Assembly (NCBI GenBank): GCA_029953675.1
Contig: JAMWBK010000013.1
Coordinates: forward strand, 62,001-126,000
Length of the DNA: 64,000 bases
Direction of reading: 5' to 3'
Source: Rhodosorus marinus CCMP1338
Taxonomy: Eukaryota > Plantae > Rhodophyta
This document shows, one piece after another, positions 12,014 through 24,699 of this stretch (the stretch's first letter is position 1; every line of letters begins with the position of its first letter). The notes under the pieces were generated by a model that searched no databases, had not been told where the DNA came from, and was given only the letters and a program-made list of their open reading frames with translations. The position numbers and the translations under genes were made by a program.

Positions 12014-12216
12014 AGATCGAGTCCCGAGACGGAAAATAGGTCAGGAAAATATGGAGTCCATGTTGCATGCTCTCGTCCCTAGTACCTAGTTCACTTTCCG
12101 ACCTGGGTAGCGCTTAAGGATATTTTAGTAAACCACCATGTTGAAAACCAAGTTGCTAACGTAACTCCAGACTAACCAAACCAAATCCAAGCCAAGCAGC
12201 CAAAAGCCTTCTGCTC

Positions 12217-12700
12217 TTGTATAGACGACCGAGGATCCGGTCAATCTTCCACCCCTGCTCTTGCGTCTCTATGACGGACTGCAAAGAGGGTTGTTTCAGT
12301 CGGTTGCATGCTGTGCTAGAAAAGAGTATCGATACAAGATCCGTTTCTGGAGTAAACTGGTTTTGGGGGTCGCAACGAGGCCGAGAGTGGAATCTATCGT
12401 CGACACATTGGGGCACACGATTAGACGAACCACTTGCTCCGGCATCGGCACCTGATAGGGACCTGATAAGGGCTCAGATGGCTCTACCCTTGCGCCTGGG
12501 GTTACTTTGGAGTGGGTGACTGGCGTCTTGTCTGCTCGACTGCGACGGTGGCTTCCTGGGCCACCGCTGTTCATACCCTTGTGGGATTTAGGTTCCGCAG
12601 TGCCTGCCTTTGGACTTCGTAACTGACGAACGATGACCCAGCAAACCTTCCGCAGCCGCTACTGTGCATCAACGACAGTGTGCAACAGGTGTTTCGTCGG
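12217..12700 (+). mobile_element. Family B RT thumb-region relic
   Basis: Matches 2100-2600 (RAQMALPLRLG). Confidence 0.8.
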
Positions 12701-12984
12701 TGAAATACCGTGCCAAAAGACAATCGATCTATCCTTCGGCTAGAGTTCTAAAATATAGAAATATATAGTATTATATAGAGAAGAACTGGAATTATTTGAA
12801 GTTTGATGAAGAATATTATAGACAATATGTTCATGTTTTGGGAAGAGGTTACTGTCAGGGCGGGCCAAGCTGATTTTTAGGCTTAATCAAATTAGAACCG
12901 GATATTGGAACCCATGTCCAATATCAACTTCTGGAAGGAGTTGCTATGGGGATGCAATGAGGCTGTAGCGGAATCTATGGTTAG

Positions 12985-13275
12985 GCTCCGCGCCCAAGGG
13001 AGCGGGGCTCGGGGAGACCCCAACCATCACAAGAGAGTGTGGTGAGGAAACTTTCCACCACAGAACCCCGGCCAAAAACCAACCCGGCCCAACCCGAAAA
13101 GACAAGGACCGCACAACGAACCCGCACCAAGAAGAGAGAAAGCCCCAGGTGCAAACCACAATACGCGAAACAGCGGGGGGAAGGGCAACCAAAGAAAGCG
13201 CCTCCCACGGAAGAACACAATCGTGACCGAAAACGACTCAAAACTCGAACCTCGAGAGCTCAAAAGCCAAAACCC
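12985..13275 (-). mobile_element. RLE element 5' UTR and ORF1 start (MVGVSPSP...)
   Basis: Similar to 4380-4640. Its 5' 27 nt match 26013-26039. Confidence 0.65.
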
Positions 13276-13379
13276 GTTGGTCGAAAATGTAGTCCTTAAC
13301 TGTACTGCGACAAAAAGTCTCTCTTGGGTTGACGGAGTTCAGCTGATTTCAAACGCTCACAGGTCAGCTCCCAGGTGAC

Positions 13380-13820
13380 ACTGTCCATGTCCTTGGTGAT
13401 GATGACGCCTCCAAGCCCAGTCGTATATGGCGTGACCCTCAAACATCCCTTGCAGCAAACGTAGTCCTTTTGGCAGGTGATGTTGAGTGTCCATTGATTC
13501 TCTCCTGTTGCCCGTCGTGAGAGTATACAACTGTCGCTCTAGGTCAACTTGGTGCTGGAGAGATCTGTTGACGAACTCTTCTTCCAACTTTCTCCATATG
13601 TCCACCAGGGGTGCTAGACCGCTGATCACTCGCAGGGCTCGCGTGCCCAAAGTGAGTTTGATGCAGGCACCCGCCAGGATACACGTTTCGTCCGAAAATC
13701 CTCTCCGTCTCGATCGGTGTATACCCCCTTTGGTATACCGCTCAAGATCAATCGGGAGGTATACTGCTCGACCCGTCCCGAGTAATCTTCTGCCGTCTTT
13801 AGCAATGGCTTAAAGTTCAT
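13380..13820 (-). mobile_element. Possible degenerate Copia-type gag relic
   Basis: LTLG..AL.VI....DIWRKLEEEF..RS..HQVDLERQLYTL resembles the Copia gag UBN2 region; frameshifted. Confidence 0.4.
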
Positions 13821-14479
13821 GAAATGTTGACGGCGTTGACTCTCCCTCCTTCCGTACTCGAATTGCAGGTGTCAATCACCTTCTCTCCTTCAATCAGTTT
13901 CAACCACCAGGCCTCGGCTGGGCTCATAACCGCGTGGCATAGGTGTTGTAGAGCGGACAAAGTACTTCGCGAACCATGTGACTCTTTATATCTTGTCTTG
14001 GAGTATCCCTGCTAACAAGCGTGGCTTATATGCGTCTCGCAGGGTTTCATCCAAACTCCTCTAATTCATCTCAGAGTCCATACGGTGGTTTACTACCACA
14101 TAGCCTAGTCATCGGACCGTGGTCGATGTGCAGCTTGACCAGACCATATCCTAACAAAACGCTATAAACTGATCAAAGCGCATTAAGAAAAGCTAGAGTC
14201 CATACGGTTGTGTCTAGATTTGACACGAATTTTTCTTATCTACGGGCTGCACGCTTTATAGATTCCATCAGCACGTTTCCGGGACATGTACTGGGATGTC
14301 ACCTCTGTGAGCAACTATAACAAGACTTGGTTACGTGCAAGTCTTGGGTACATAGTCCACATAGCCTAGTAGTCGGACCGTGGTCGATGTGCAGCTTGAC
14401 CAGACCATTTCCTAACACGGAACTGAGCAAAACGCTTTAAAAAAAGCTCAGAAACCACTGTATATAGGGGGTTGAGAGC

Positions 14480-14860
14480 TGGGGTGTGAGGACAACGACC
14501 TGTGCAAACTATATGAAGTTCGCCCGCTTTTGAGAAGGCCAGGGCGGCTGACGCAAACCGTATAAGCGCAGAGAGGTCCGTACTTCGAAATCGGTGAGTG
14601 CGAATGGCCGAAAAGCGGGAACGGTCATAAGCCACTGAGAGTTAATACACCCCCCAAAGACTAGACAGGCGGGTGCGATCTTTGGAAGATGAGACCAGGC
14701 GCGACAAGTCGGCCGTAGGCAGCACGGAGAAAGTCCCAAGAAAGGTTGTTTTGCAACGCACCCGTGCGTGCGGAGACGCGACTCCCAGAGCCCGGTCCAT
14801 CATCAGGAGGATCGCGAGGGACCCCTGTTTCCTCAGCAACCAAAGTATCAAAAACGCGGC
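14480..14860 (-). mobile_element. Diverged family C fragment (linker region)
   Basis: SQWLMTVPAF..LTDFEVRTSLRLY matches 6340-7053 and 23465-24283. Confidence 0.8.
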
Positions 14861-15713
14861 AGGTACAGGAATGGCAGTTGGTCGGGTCGCAGGGTTACGT
14901 TTGTTAAGAATGCGATGCTAATAAAGCCGGTTAAGGAGGTTAAGGAGACAGCGAGGTCAGAAAATCACGAAAAAAGACGCTCGCGCTAGGCGGAGAGGGC
15001 ATCGGCGACAGGACGGACACAGGCGAGCGCGGACAGCGGAAGAGGAATCAGAAATCAGGCGCCTGTGAGGCCAGAAGGCGTTTGGCAGGCGACTGCAGTA
15101 GGTAGGATTAGGAATGGCCAAGGTTGAACGCTCCGGAAGATTGATGGCAGGTACGCCGTCAGCATTGGCAGGCAGTTCTCTTGCCAAGCAACAGCAAGAA
15201 GACTGGTCAGTTTCTAGATTGTCGCTTGCGACGACGCTTCGTCGCAGTTGATGAGGGTGGCTCTTGTTCTGAATGAGTCCACCCGCACTTCCAAGATCGC
15301 GTTGGGGAGGCTTTTGGTCCATTACGCGAAAGACGTTCAGATATGTAAGACTTCACTCTACAAAAGCCAACTCTAGATTGCAACAGTTTTACAGAGCTAA
15401 CGATTGTACATCCATGGAGTCGATCACCCAAACATGTAGGCATTGTCCGGGATTACGTTAGTCAGGGGTTAATTGTGTGACTAAGCACACGGATATCGTG
15501 ATTGAGTCCATGGTTGTGCTGCCATCTGTTGTTGTGAAATTTCTGCCCGCAATGACCGTCAATATCCTCTCTTTATTGAAAATCGGATCAAACAACACAG
15601 TGCTAGTCGATGTGTGTTTATGCGCTTGGGGAAATGTGTGCACTTCAAATTCGGCGTCTGGTGAACCACTATCGACGAATTCTAAGAGAAGTACTGAACG
15701 GCATCGTTAACCG

Positions 15714-16703
15714 CTAATCCTTGCACCCCTTGTACAGCGCGGCGTCAAGAGAAGCGACGCAGAGAGGAGGGGTCCTCGGTTTGCGCTTGTCGCCCACCTT
15801 GCAGTATTTGCATTTCCCGTCTTTGCTGGCGTGCTCACATTTCTTGCTGCAAGGGTGTGGTTCTGCAAAGTGCACTGAGCACTTCTTAGTAACTCTGGTG
15901 CAGAAGCCGTTGCCCTTTCTGCAATACGTCTTGGTCTCTGTAACATCTCCAGATCGGACCGTGTTGCTGGACTCCTCGACACCTGGCTTGCACTTCTCGC
16001 AGTCGGTGTTGATGATCTTCTCGAACTCATTACAGACCGGACCACCTCCGCTGAGATCACAGCCCTCTTCAATCTTGATCTTGACGTTGCGGAAGCTTCT
16101 GTCTGAGACAATGCACTTGTCCGACTCAGCGTTCCTGCACTGATATGGGTATCCCTTAGGGACGGTTGGATCCGAAGCAATGATCTGTTTCCAGTTCTTC
16201 GTCGAATCTCCGCACGTCAGTGTGAGACTATCAAGTCTCTCCGCCTGAGAGCAAAACTCACTTTCAACAGCTTTCTGCATAAGATCCGACTTCAGCGTAT
16301 CCATAACACACTCAGGAATGTCTCCACGCCATACTTCTGGGCAGTTGCAGACTATGCATTCCATTCCATGCCTCAAGCCCCGGTCCAAGTTGCAAGTAAT
16401 GTCAACATAGAAAGTCTTCTTCTTGATGGTGCCCGTATGGCATTGGTTTTTACATCCAACACAGTTGTTGCAAGTCACCAGGTTACACTGAGCGTCACAG
16501 CACTGCGTGCAGTTCTCCTCGGGGTCACACTCCTTTATGAAAGGTCCTTTAACACATCCAGGTACTGACTTTTTGCAGTAGGCGCTTTTTTGACTCATGA
16601 CGCAAGTTCCGTCGTCTTCGGTCGCGTTCACTTCATTCTGGCCGTGAGCCGTAAGAGCGGCAGCTAGTAGCACAAACACGATTACGCCGTGTCCAGCTTT
16701 CAT
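15714..16703 (-). CDS. Secreted cysteine-rich protein of unknown function (329 aa, about 34 Cys); intronless
   Basis: ATG, signal-peptide-like leader VIVFVLLAAALTAHG, uninterrupted Cys-rich ORF. Confidence 0.8.
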   Translation of the reverse strand: MKAGHGVIVFVLLAAALTAHGQNEVNATEDDGTCVMSQKSAYCKKSVPGCVKGPFIKECDPEENCTQCCDAQCNLVTCNNCVGCKNQCHTGTIKKKTFYVDITCNLDRGLRHGMECIVCNCPEVWRGDIPECVMDTLKSDLMQKAVESEFCSQAERLDSLTLTCGDSTKNWKQIIASDPTVPKGYPYQCRNAESDKCIVSDRSFRNVKIKIEEGCDLSGGGPVCNEFEKIINTDCEKCKPGVEESSNTVRSGDVTETKTYCRKGNGFCTRVTKKCSVHFAEPHPCSKKCEHASKDGKCKYCKVGDKRKPRTPPLCVASLDAALYKGCKD

Positions 16704-18419
16704 CTTTGAAGTTCTTCGATGTGACGTTTTCTCCTCTTCTTCTGGCTCTGTCCTTTCAGTGTCTTCTCTTTGGTTTGATGATCTCTACATTATCACTAGA
16801 CTCTGAGACAGCCGGCGTTCATCCCATTTATACCATACTCTACGGCGAATCTGTTCAGATCACGAGCTTCTTCTAGCGATCCTGTAGGGAGGATCACGCT
16901 CCCTCAGTTTGCTTGAGAACCTCCTCTGGAAAAATTTCCAAATTAGTCGTCACGAAGAGCGGACAAAGTAGATATCGAGCTTCGTGGTTGCTGCGCGGGA
17001 AATTTTTGGGAATCTAGCGGCAAGTGAATAAAATCTCCGAGCGTTATTCGCGTCGGTTTTACACCCAGTGCTCTACTTTGGGTTAGACGCAATATGCAGG
17101 AGAGCCATACCAGTACGGCTCTAGATGTTTTTAGAAAGCTTCCCCAGCAGTCGGCAAGGGGCCTGATGATCTCAGGCACGACGAACCCTCAAAACAAGGA
17201 TTTCCTAAATGGCTTTCCATCTGCAACTGGGTCTCCAAAGCGATACATTAACTGCCGATGTGCTTCCATTGACACCAGAAAAACAGACTATCCGACCCGC
17301 ACAGGCTTGTTCAGGACCCTACAAGCGAGCAAAGTGACAAAAAAGAAGATACCGTCGTTCCCAAGAGGCCCCCGCCGACAAAAACCTCCTACCAATTTCG
17401 AGGTCTCTATTAGCGTATCTGTCCACGACTCCCAGCACGAGGTCTGTCCTAAAAAAGAGCCAAACAATCCGTCAAACACGTTCCCCAAAAACCTGCCAAA
17501 CTTCAGATAGAATTGCTCCAAATAAAAAGCTCCATTCCAACGCTACCAGAATTCTACTTAAAACTGACCATAAACTCTTTCCCGTCGTTGAGTCCGCGCC
17601 CTCGCTTGATAGTTCTATTATTAGATCCCGCTCTCTGCAAGCCAAAAAAAAAAAGCAATCGACCAAAACATGCAAATATGTATTGTAATATGTAATATTC
17701 TTATCAAGCACATCCCAGATAATGGTCGAGTACTCTAGAATTAGCAAATATTTGAAAAATATCAACTATAATCAACTCAGTTCGAATTTTCTGGAGAATT
17801 AATTCATCAAAATAAGATTATCTTGTCAGCAAGAAAAAAAAAAAAAAGACAATAGTGTTCGATAGATGTTTATCAGTAATAATTAGATGACCAAACTTCC
17901 GTGTCGTCTCGTCCCATACAAGTTTTACAAGACTCAAAATTGATTGGCTTTCCCAACCGATTTGGTGTACGATATTCTCAATCAACGACGAATATTGATT
18001 GAAATTTAATCCTCGTTGACTCAATAGCAAACAGAATCGGTTTAAAAACTTCCGATTTTGTATGCGATAGTCTGTCGAACTCATAAGTAACCCTAATTCA
18101 ATATATGTGAGTGACAATATGTAGGGCGAGAAATTTGCATGATTCAATGTCTAAACTGGAGATGATTGATTGTTAACCTAACGTTGATTGAATATCGGAT
18201 GTTTAATCGGATGATTTATCGGACAGGTTTTCTTCAAGAGTTTCAAGAATACAGATACGGATACATCTTAATTTGCTAATTTGTTTCAATAGTCTCTCCG
18301 AGCAAGAGCTTTTCAGACGGGTCCGATAATCTTTATTGGAGGGTCCATAACAACCCTAAACTTAACCCCAAGCCCCCCTCCCGGCGACGCTAACCCGAAC
18401 GAAGTGAGTTGGTCTTGCG

Positions 18420-19150
18420 GTACCTAATGCTCGGCCAGTCGTTGTTTGCCGGCTGCGGGAGAGCGCCATGCATTTCCCGATGGCGGTGTGCAAAGAGGTG
18501 AAATACGCGCGGGACTTAGTCTCCCCGAGGCATTCGTGCTTCGGCTCTAGCTCATGACCTGGTACCTCTGGTCATTGAGTGCCTTGGGTTATTGATTTCG
18601 TTGGTTCCATAGCCTTCGGGAGGTTGTTCTGCGAACGCCCTCACAGTTCTCCTGGTTATTTACGCCTCCAAGTTTCCTGCCCCGCGCGTGAACGTTACTT
18701 TGATGTTGGAGGCGCGCGATCTGCGCCTCGCGAAGTCTTTTTTATTCGCAGCGGAGTTCTTTCTTTCAGTCTCCGACTAAACAAAATCATTCAATCCCAT
18801 CCAGTACATGTCCCGGAATGAATGAACACTGATAGAGTGACCAATGCGGGGGGTTTACTCTTCCCAAGGCATTCAGGCTTCGGCTCTAGCTCATCGCCTG
18901 CTAACCTCCGGTCATCGAATGCTTTGGGCGGGGGGGTCTATGGATTCCGTTGGTACTCGTTGGCTTCGGGAAGTTCGTTACGCGAACGGCCTGACCGTCT
19001 ATCCTCGCTGTTTAACCGTTTAAGTTTCTTGCTCTGGCGTATGAAAGTTGTTTTGATGTTGGAGGCTCCTGGTCTTCGCCGCGATAGTAGCTTCTTTTTT
19101 TTTCGCAGGGTTTTTTCTTTCAGTCTACGGTTAACTGGTTGTTCATTCAA
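18420..19150 (+). mobile_element. Two tandem family C 3'-end relics
   Basis: LMLEA.. C-termini and tttcagtct...attcattc ends near 18790 and 19148. Confidence 0.8.
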
Positions 19151-20039
19151 TATTATCATCTATTTTTATCCAATTATAAATTTGGGCATGCTGGATTTTT
19201 TTGGAACATCTCATCTATTAAAAAATATGCATGAAACCACAATTATGGATGATTTAGAAGTCTGTAGGCGGGGCACTTTTAGTTTGTATTTTGTTAAAAC
19301 TACAAGAGAATTTTTTGTTTCTCTAAAACTAGTTACATTTTTGTTCACAAAATTGGACTCCCCCCAATTTTCCCCCAGATTCGGTACCCCCCTTTTATTG
19401 ATCTCTTAACATGCTGACTACCTACAATTCATCAAGTACTCGATCGGGTAGTCCACAGTCGTACGGCGAGGACGAACGATCTAGTTCAATCACGATACAA
19501 TCGTCTACGCTACTTCGTGCCGGTTATCTACTAGCTACCTTCGATACTGCTCTACGACCGCAGTACCCGTCAGGGATGATCCCGAAGGGCCTTCCAGGCC
19601 AACATATTTCGCAGTGCTTTCTGATTTTCTTCTTTTTTCTCCCCGAGAATTATTGGTCGGCGAGATACCATTTAGTTTTATTCCATGAAATTGGTTCGCT
19701 GACAACTAACTGATTCCGAAAAGTTTGTAGTTTGCTGGGTGAGCAATGGCGGGTACCCACGAAGGTTTCAGAGGATTTCTCGAGTTATTTATAACATGCA
19801 AATGCGGACTTAGTCAAAAGTACCTGCTGCAGTTTGCGTTTGCCGCGCTAGTTCGTGGGGGTGGTTTGTGCGGTGTTGAACAATTTGTTTTGTTCAACGC
19901 TCTGGCAAACTTGTCAACCCGGTCGGGAGCGGCTTGCCATTAGGTCTGAGAATCTAACTCATAGCTCAATTTAGCAGTTCTCGGGCCTGCGTGTCTTCCT
20001 CTGAGCGGATCTATCCACTAAATCCGGTCTTTTTAACTC

Positions 20040-20510
20040 CTGGATCCGAGGATTTGCGACACGGTTTCGTCTGCAGTCCATTGCCCATGAAGCGCGTTGG
20101 AACGTGATGTGCTCACCTTTCCTTGGTCACATTTTTGACGACTGTATACTGTGGCCTTCCAAGGAGAAGGAATCAGTCGCCTCACCCTCCAACCCCCCGC
20201 TTACGATTTGTACCTCCAACTAGCGGCTGCTAGCAGCGGTTCAACGTCGTTTGTCGCCAACGATGACTAGCCGAATCCACAAGCTCGTAGAGTGGCAGAG
20301 GCTCGAAGAGGCCGCTACGGGAACACAAGAGGAGCCTGAAGGTCCTCGAGATATAGTTGGCTCCTTACAAGAAACGTTCTCACGCGAGAGTCACCGACAC
20401 GTCTTTGAGGAATTAGCGGGGGATTCGACGCTAGCTATGAACGTGGTCAGAAGCCGGTTCTGGGAGCGAGGTCTGGTTGTGAGACCTCCCCACAACTGTC
20501 CCTAGGAACT
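20040..20510 (+). mobile_element. Relic related to family A ORF2
   Basis: GFATRFRLQSIA and SLQETFSRESHRHVFEEL align to intact ORF2 GFATRARIQPIA and SIQQTLSREAHHRAFQRL. Confidence 0.7.
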
Positions 20511-20549
20511 GAAACGATCAGAAATGATTCAGAGCATTCGAGTGCTCCC

Positions 20550-22450
20550 AGGACTACCTTTATTTGGTAGTGGTTCGACTAACTTGGGCTTGGCCGGACG
20601 TTTACCTGTGCTGTCTGCGGGCAACCACACGACGTACGTGGAATCCAGCGGCTCCAACACTGCCGGACATCGTCTGGGATGAGAACTAAACGACATGAGC
20701 TCAAGCCTATGGAAATGTTTTACTGAGCATCCTGTTGTATACTTGGAGCTTTTGCGGCGTTTAAGTGTCCCTCTGTGGCGAGGCGATTTTCGAGTAGCAT
20801 GCTTGCCGAGGCGCGCCATAGGTGCCTGGGTTTCACGCTTCCCTACCTAGTTCTTAGTTCCTTTTCATGACTTGCGTAGCGCTTCAGGCTATGCTAATAA
20901 AGTCAGTAAAGCCACCATCTAAAGGAAATCTGGTGTTCTTATCGATCGTGAAGGTGCGCAGTCGCGCAGTCCAAACCCGACTTCTCCACGTGACCAAAGC
21001 TTTCCACAATGAAAGGCTGGAACCAGTGGGAGCGACCCTCTGCGCGAGGCAGACTGGCCATATACTCTCAGCATACCGTCGCTTTACTCGGCTTTACTAG
21101 GCTTTATTGGCATAGCCTAAAACGCTAAGCAAGCCGTGAAAAGGAACTAAGAACTAGGTAGGGAAGCGTGCAAACCCAGGCGCCGTTTTTCAAAGATACT
21201 CGGCTTTACTCGTTTACCGGCTTTATTGGCTTTATTAGCAACTGGCTTTATTAGCAGAGCCTACAGCGCTACGCAAACCGTGAAAAGGAACTAAGAGCTA
21301 GGTAGGGAAGCGTGCAAGCCCAAGCGCTTTACTAGCATACCCTGAAGCGCTACGCAAGGCATGAAAGTTAAGAACTAGGGAAAGAAGTAGCATTACTAGC
21401 GTACCTAAACCGCGACATCCTATTCCGACTGTACAAAATTCATTCATTTTCTTTGGAGGGGTGGCCGCTCCTTGCCTTTAGACAGACTTTATCTTTCGGA
21501 TGGTGGCTTTACTTACATAGCCTGAACCGCTGCGCACTAGTCAGACTAAACAAAAAATTCGTTCATTTGGATGGGTGGCCGCTCCTTTCCTTTAGATAGA
21601 CTTTGTCTTTGAGATGGATGGATTTACTTGTTGTAAAACGCGCTGACTTGATCCGACCTTTATTTCAAACCTTCGTTATGAGAACTACGACCTAAATGTA
21701 CAAGCTTATTGGAATCCTTTCGGCAATATCTGATGAAACTTCGCGTTCCAAAATCGTCGGAGAAAGAGGGTTCGACACGATCAATTCCGCGTTCGTGAAA
21801 CTCCTTCCCGGTAACCGTTCTATGCGATTCGATGGTGAAGCTCTCACCAACACGCAATAGATACAATCCACTTAAGAACTCACCCGTCTCAAGAATTTCA
21901 AGTTTTGCCTTTACTGCAAATCTCTCTTCTTCCTACTTTTCCATCTATCCCCTCAGTAGTGTCTATCAATACTCGGACTTGGGATATTATACCAAGTCCA
22001 TATGTCGCTGATCGACGTTCGCTATGATTCATCATGCATATAGAGAAGCCACTAAATCGAGAGTGGCAGTCTGCCACACCCAGAAATTATCACTATTCAA
22101 TGCCGGAGCCAGAATTCCAACATCACTGGTTTTTATTGGCTTGGCCAAAAGCGCTACGCAAGGCGTGAAAAGGAACTAAGAACTAGGTAGGGAAGCGTGC
22201 AAACCCAGGCGCCGATGGCGCGCCTCGGCAAGCATGCTGCTAGCATATCGGCACAGAGAGACACTTAAACGGCGTAGTGTTCCAAGTATTTGGCTCAGCG
22301 AAACATTTCCGCAACCACTCCAAACCCGTCTTCGCCACGTGAGCAAAGCTTTCCACAATGAAAAGGCTGGAACTGGTGGGAAACCGACCCTCTGCGCGGG
22401 GCAGACTGGCCATACTCTCAGCATACCGTCGTTCCTAACTTGCACCCGAT
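20550..22450. mobile_element. Cluster of family B 3'-end fragments in both orientations, with (A[A/G]TAAAGCC)n tails
   Basis: cttccctacctagttcttagttccttttca recurs at 20838(+), 21140, 21290, 22170 and 24970 (-). Confidence 0.8.
21642..21930. repeat. Dispersed repeat of about 290 bp, second copy at 38168-38455
   Basis: Direct collinear similarity by eye. No protein family recognised. Confidence 0.85.
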
Positions 22451-22599
22451 GCTATCTCAAATTCGGAAGTTAAGCTCGAACGGGCCTTGGAGAGTACTGA
22501 GGTCAGGAATTTTCGGGAACGCCAGGTGACGTACCTTTTTGGTCTCCATAACCGTGATATAATTATTTAGGATTCCCTCTTGGAGCCCATCAAGACTGA

Positions 22600-23260
22600 A
22601 CAAGGAATCTATCGATGCGTTATGGAACCCCTAATGGGTTATACATTCTACGGGAACTTCTGTTCGTTTATTCGACCAGCCTATATGGCCAGGAGCGATC
22701 ATTTCCCTTCCACGGAGTCCAATTCAGAGTCATTGCAGAGTTCTGTATATGCTTGAGCGACCTCTCGCAGGAGCTCATCCGCTTGTTTGACTAATCGGCT
22801 GAAGATTTCCACGCAGAACGCCATCGGTTTGGCCGCCGATCGCGTCCCGCTATTTTGCCAGCTTGCATTTTTCAGCCTTGTATGCCGCGCATCCTGTCTC
22901 CCAGGGTGCTTTTGTGGGGATATGTCATCTGCTACGGCGAGGTCACATTCACATGAATCATGTGCAGTTTCCTGGAGAGCGCTATCTAGCGAGGATATCA
23001 GGCCGAAGTTGAATGCCTGGGGAGTGGCCGGTGGGTTCGAGTGTCATCTCGAGTCGCCGTTGTCTCAGTTGCGTGGTCAGAGCATCTCAGATCAGATTTT
23101 GTCTCATTTTCCGGCTTACTGTGGAGCTGGTGCAGTGGCGGAGGCTTTGGATGCCTGAGCGTAACGGCCATGAGGTTGTGTTCGGACAGTACACGTACTA
23201 AACGATCGTACACTGGCAGCCAAAATGCAGGAGTTGGTACAAGCAGAGATTCAGTTCGTC
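22600..23260 (-). mobile_element. Highly degenerate RLE domain of a further family
   Basis: DALTTQLRQ..LEP..IQLRPDILAR, DLAV, and MAFCVEIFSRL..ADELLREV across frameshifts. Confidence 0.55.
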
Positions 23261-23408
23261 AGTGCTCGATCCACGCGAGTGTCTTGTCGGAAACTCTCGG
23301 AGTCATATGCCGCGTCCAGATCCAATGCAGGATCGCATACGGGCTCGCAATATCTCACTGAGTCATGAGCATCAACATCATCGACATATTTGTCGAGATG
23401 AGATACGA

Positions 23409-24323
23409 CGAACGAATGGTTTAATCGGAGGCTGAAAAAAAAAAACCCCGAGGGGAAAAAAAGACTAAGCGCGGCGAAGTACTCGCGCCTCCAACATCAA
23501 AGCGGCATTCATGCGCCACAGCAGGAAACTTAAGCGGGTAAACAACGATTGAAGACGGTCAGGGCGTTCGCGGAACAACTCCCGAAGCCAGCGAGAACCA
23601 ACAGAGTCCATGAACCCAAAGCACTCAATGATCAGGGGTACCAAGCGATGTGCTAGTGCCGAAGCACGAACACCAGGGGAAGACAAAGCCCCCGCGTATT
23701 TGATCTCTTTGCGGCGTCTCATTCTGGCGGCGGCAGATCCACGGCGCTCCCCCGCAGCCGGGAGATAACGACTAGCTTGAGGGTTAGGAACAGCAAGATC
23801 AACGTATGTGGTACGGCGGCTGTCGTCACAGGTGATCACCAGGTCGGCTACACGGCGTTCATCATTTTGAAAGTCCGCGACGGGTAAAGGTTTCTCACGT
23901 TCGATTTCCAGACCGGCTTGCCGAGCTATAGGCCGAAGTTCCCGGTATAACAGGTTCAAGATCCGTGTGTGGCGGCGGGTTGGAGCACCTTTCACCGCCG
24001 GGCAACTAGCGAGCAGGTGGGCGCCAAAATCTGCGTTGTCTTCAGTCTGAGAGCAGAGAGGGCACGACGAACCCATCTCGTACGGCCAAGGGGGCTGATG
24101 TAAGCCGAGGTATAAGCGCAGTGAAGTACGCACTTCGAAATCCGACAGTGTGAGTGGCGGAAAGGCTGGTACGGTCATGAGCCACTGAGAGCTAATAACC
24201 CCTCCAAGACTACGTAGGCGGGCGCGAGCGCGAGAAGATGAGACCATCTGCGCGAGGAGTCGGCCATATGCAGCACGGTGCAAGTCCCAAGAAAGAATAT
24301 TTTGCAGCGCATCCGTGCGTGCG
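23409..24323 (-). mobile_element. 5'-truncated family C RLE element (about 0.9 kb), near-identical to the 6287 copy
   Basis: ORF 23465-24283 and the same 3' UTR and tail. No TSD found. Confidence 0.95.
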
Positions 24324-24699
24324 ATAATCCTATTCAGGCCACCCTCAGAAATCTACCTCATCGTGACTTTATTCTATATTTTCATTGAGGTGTGGATCGA
24401 AGGTGGATCTACGCTTGAAATATTTAATAAATTATTGGAAAGTCTTTATCTATTTATAGAAGTCTCGGCGCGGCGAAATCGATTATAGGGGATGGACAGC
24501 GTATGGAAGGATACAATTCAACTTATCAACCACTACGCTTTCAAAATTGCTCTGCATAAATCGAGAATTCGCCCTCGAACGACTGGACGAAGCCATCGAT
24601 GTGCAGGGGATTCGAACCAACCAGTCAACAGCGGAATACCCTGAAAAGGGAATCTCACCACTTTGCGCTATTCACTGCCCGAAAAACTCTCAGCAAGAC

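Noticed and set aside
16950-18150. L1/APE-type RT relic on the minus strand
   Set aside because: Motif resemblance is too weak and fragmented to call by eye.
21729-21830. Hammerhead ribozyme (CTGATGA...GAAA), also at about 38257
   Set aside because: Stem II pairs only at the first position, and no stems I/III could be formed.
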